Part shown: positions 60,692 through 64,000 of the stretch, in pieces
How the letters are laid out: the number at the start of each line of letters is the position of its first letter
Position numbering within the stretch: position 1 is the stretch's first letter
From: Vicinamibacteria bacterium
GTDB taxonomy: Bacteria > Acidobacteriota > Vicinamibacteria > Marinacidobacterales > Marinacidobacteraceae
Direction: 5' to 3'
DNA length: 64,000 nucleotides
NCBI GenBank assembly: GCA_963555995.3
Contig: OY821641.1
Coordinates: forward strand, 1,216,001 to 1,280,000
Position numbers and translations under genes: made by a program
Notes under the pieces: model-generated
Databases searched by the model: none
Seen by the model: the letters and a program-made list of their open reading frames with translations, nothing else
Told to the model about the DNA's origin: nothing

Positions 60692-61044
60692 TCGCGCGAG
60701 TCGCTCCCACTACACCGGGAGACCCCGGCGAAGCACGGACCGCGACCACGCACCGCAGGTCGGCCCGGCGGATCGGGTCGCGTGATTTCCACTGTCGTAG
60801 AGACTTGCGGTGGATCTACGTGTGGGACTTCGCGGCCTTCGTCGCGATGCCGGTCTGAAGACCGGCGGTCCAGCCGATGCGTAGATCCTGCTATGCTGGC
60901 CGTCAAGGAACACGTCGCTATCGCTCGGTCGTTCCCCAGGGTGCCTGGCTCCCCAGATGGAAAGGCGATCCGGCTTGCCGGAGGCGGAGGGTTCTCGACC
61001 TTCGCCCGTGTTCCCGCGGGGCTACCAGGCGCAGCCCCACCCGC

Positions 61045-61866
61045 TCATTCGGGGTACCGAAACACGGTGACAGCCTCCGTCCGCAGCTTCTCGACGTACT
61101 GCCGGCTGACCGCGTAGAAGGTCTTCAGCGTTACGCGCTTGCCATCGGGACTCCGCTGCACGACGGCGTGATAGAGGGCTCCGTCCACCTCCCTCACAAG
61201 GCTGATCCGGCGAGCCAACTCCGCCGCCGAGAGCGGTCGGGCGGGCATTCGGCGCATCGCCTCGCGGGGCTCCGCCAGCACCGTCATCACGAGCAGCAGG
61301 TCCCGCTTGTCGAGGCGGTGCTTCCGTACCAGCTTGCGCGCATCGCGGGCACGGAGGTACACCAAGTTGGCGTCCGCTCCCAGCCAGCGCTGCACGGCGG
61401 GAGTGAGCAGCCCCACGGGGAGGCGCCCCTGCGGGTTCGCTAGGAACCGGTCCGCGACCGGACTCTGCAGCACGGCGCGCACGCGGCCGCGGTCTTCGTG
61501 GCCGCCACTCCGGCGGCGGGTGTCATACAGCCCTTGATCCGGCTGCTGCGCGTGTCCCTGGACAACCGTGCCCTCCGCAGCGCGACGGCGCGAGGCATCG
61601 CGGGTTACGGCGCGCCGCAGCTCGCGGTCGGCAGCACAGGCCACCAGTCTCGCCCAAGTCCTGATGTACGCCGCCGAGCTGGACGTCCTCGGCCGGGCCA
61701 TTCTGTTACTTGTCCGGGACACCGTGCGGAGCGCGAGCGGGGTACCGCTGTTCCTGAGGGACCCGGCTGCTTCCGGTCGGGACGAATTGCGATCTCTGCC
61801 GAACGCCGATGCGGATGGGACGAGGCGGGACTTCAGTCCGGACCGGGGACATATGCGCCTCCGCAT
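61045..61866 (-). CDS. Hypothetical protein; C-terminal half resembles a phage BECR-fold (PBECR/MuF-CT) nuclease; N-terminus doubtful
   Basis: LPVGLL...VYLRARDARKLVRKH...YHAVVQRSPDGKRVTLKTFY pattern; recognised by eye only. Confidence 0.45.
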   Translation of the reverse strand: MRRRICPRSGLKSRLVPSASAFGRDRNSSRPEAAGSLRNSGTPLALRTVSRTSNRMARPRTSSSAAYIRTWARLVACAADRELRRAVTRDASRRRAAEGTVVQGHAQQPDQGLYDTRRRSGGHEDRGRVRAVLQSPVADRFLANPQGRLPVGLLTPAVQRWLGADANLVYLRARDARKLVRKHRLDKRDLLLVMTVLAEPREAMRRMPARPLSAAELARRISLVREVDGALYHAVVQRSPDGKRVTLKTFYAVSRQYVEKLRTEAVTVFRYPE

Positions 61867-61949
61867 GGATTCGGGTCTCAGCCGCGCCCTTCTGAGGCGT
61901 GGGTTTCGGCGGCGGTGGAATCTCGTCTCGGACGGGACGCCGCGGTCCG

Positions 61950-62168
61950 TCAGCGCTCGGGGAGGGCGCTTGCCGCCTCGCTCCGGGCGCTGGCCGACGT
62001 CTTCAGGATTGCTTCCATGATCCCTTCAAGGCGCGCCATCCGCTCCCGGAGAGCGCCCATGTCGCGATGGATTCCTACGATCTCCCGCCGCAGGGACATG
62101 TGCGAAGCGACGATGGCAAGGACGATGGAGACCGTCGGAATCACGATCTGGAGCGCCGGAGACATCAC
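61950..62168 (-). CDS. Small single-TM plus coiled-coil hypothetical protein
   Basis: Shares VLAIVASHMSLRREI and LRER(L/M)ARL(D/E)G with 49694-49981. Confidence 0.65.
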   Translation of the reverse strand: MMSPALQIVIPTVSIVLAIVASHMSLRREIVGIHRDMGALRERMARLEGIMEAILKTSASARSEAASALPER

Positions 62169-62383
62169 TTGGATTCTATCGAGTCACAGCACCGCGTCAG
62201 GAGGTGTTTCCGCGTGGCGGTTGGGCGCCTTGCGCGGCCCTTCGGGCCGCGGTGCCGACCTGAAGGTCGGCGCTCCCTTGCCGGCACGCAACGTACAAGT
62301 TTTCGCCCGCCTTGCGGCGGGCGATGCCGGTGTGAACACCGGCGGTCCCGGCACCAGCGGAGCCGACGCCGGGAAATCGGCGA

Positions 62384-62953
62384 TCAGACGGTTTCGCTGG
62401 ACGTCGTCAGCTCGCCGCTGAGCCCGTCCGCTCGGAAATCGAAGAACGGTGCGAAGCGGCGCTGCCACGGCGTCACCCGGGCCCACTGCGACCGTGGATA
62501 GCCCATGGACCGCATCACGTCGTTGTGGGAGAGGACGTTCAGCACGCGGAGAATCGGCGGTTCGCGTTCCTCGATCTCCAGTCGCGCCGCCGTCAACTCC
62601 CGCAGGGTCTCTGACGACGTCTCCGCGAGCGTCATTCGCCGTTCCAGCGCCACGTACTCCCGCGCGAGGTTCCCATGCTCCGAAATCCTGCGTGCGGTGC
62701 CGAACACCAGATCCAGGAGTCCGGCCAGCGTGATGAGCAGCGCGATGGCCATGACGACTGCCTTGTCCGCGTCGTTCAGGAGGGTCACCACGGCGGAGGT
62801 GCCGGAGGCCGCCGTGACGAAGGAGACGCACCGGTTGCACGCCAGGAAGAACCGCTGCCGTCGCTCGTGGTACCGGACCGACTTGCGGACGGCGAACAGG
62901 AGATCGTGCCAGTGGTGGTTCAGCGACGGGGACATGCGTCTATTTTGACGCAT
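62384..62953 (-). CDS. Two-TM SLATT-like membrane protein
   Basis: KSVRYH..R then a hydrophobic hairpin, H..LAREY..LE and a helical tail. Confidence 0.6.
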   Translation of the reverse strand: MRQNRRMSPSLNHHWHDLLFAVRKSVRYHERRQRFFLACNRCVSFVTAASGTSAVVTLLNDADKAVVMAIALLITLAGLLDLVFGTARRISEHGNLAREYVALERRMTLAETSSETLRELTAARLEIEEREPPILRVLNVLSHNDVMRSMGYPRSQWARVTPWQRRFAPFFDFRADGLSGELTTSSETV

Positions 62954-62963
62954 GGATCGAGTC

Positions 62964-63170
62964 TCAGTCTTCGGCCTTCTCGGGCTCGGGTTTCGGCGGC
63001 GGCGGCGGAATCTCGTCCCGGACGGGCCGCCGTGTGTCTATCGGGACACTGCAGACGTCCCGTGCGGCTCCCGATTCCGTGAGTGTTCCACGGGACGTCC
63101 CTGACGCGGGCTTCCCGCGCCGTTCGTCGTGTCCCAACTGGACCGGATTCCGTTTCGGCTGATCGCCCAT
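62964..63170 (-). CDS. Small disordered Pro-rich peptide
   Basis: RBS AAGGAGG before ATG; ends DEIPPPPPKPEPEKAED 10 bp before the SLATT-like ORF. Confidence 0.5.
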   Translation of the reverse strand: MGDQPKRNPVQLGHDERRGKPASGTSRGTLTESGAARDVCSVPIDTRRPVRDEIPPPPPKPEPEKAED

Positions 63171-63220
63171 GTCGTGTCCTCCTTCGGGCCGTTCGCGTCG
63201 GCCTCCGTGAATACAGGAAT

Positions 63221-63250
63221 GGGCGCCGGCGCCATGCGGCGCCGACGCCC
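63221..63250 (-). terminator. Hairpin downstream of groEL
   Basis: GGGCGCCGGCGCC-ATGC-GGCGCCGACGCCC inverted repeat. Confidence 0.55.
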
Positions 63251-63275
63251 AAGGTTGGTGCGGAGAGAGCGCGGA

Positions 63276-64000
<725 letters not shown>

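Overview
High-GC bacterial chromosome segment. An acidobacterial origin is inferred from the paired DUF507 genes, tandem VPS10 glycosyl hydrolases and carboxypeptidase-regulatory-domain TonB receptors; this was not verified. Housekeeping content: gap, pgk, tpiA, secG, tRNA-Leu(GAG), tRNA-Asp(GTC), hsp20, mmsA and the 3' end of groEL. It also has a cobalamin riboswitch with a BtuB-like receptor splitting gap from pgk, a CzcCBA-type metal efflux operon, and a SelW/Rdx selenoprotein with in-frame UGA that the ORF track misses. There are two accessory regions: about 7.2-15 kb (AAA/nuclease genes) and about 48.2-63.2 kb, a defence island next to groEL. The island carries toxin-antitoxin pairs and remnants, AbiEi with an AbiEii-WYL fusion, an MmeI-like type IIL restriction-modification enzyme, CapW with a type III CBASS, a PBECR-like ORF and a SLATT-like two-TM gene. 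A family of palindromic REP/REPIN elements is scattered through intergenic DNA and amplified into a 7x144-bp array. The most unusual observations are: (i) an AlkB-type di-iron membrane hydroxylase fused to a catalytically degenerate GlnE adenylyltransferase half; (ii) an unexplained array of 18 helically phased 16-bp motifs (53-bp period) between convergent genes; (iii) the AbiEii-WYL fusion; (iv) an array with an exact 23-bp period upstream of an AAA_14/DUF4143 gene. All family calls come from motif recognition by eye; no database search was run.
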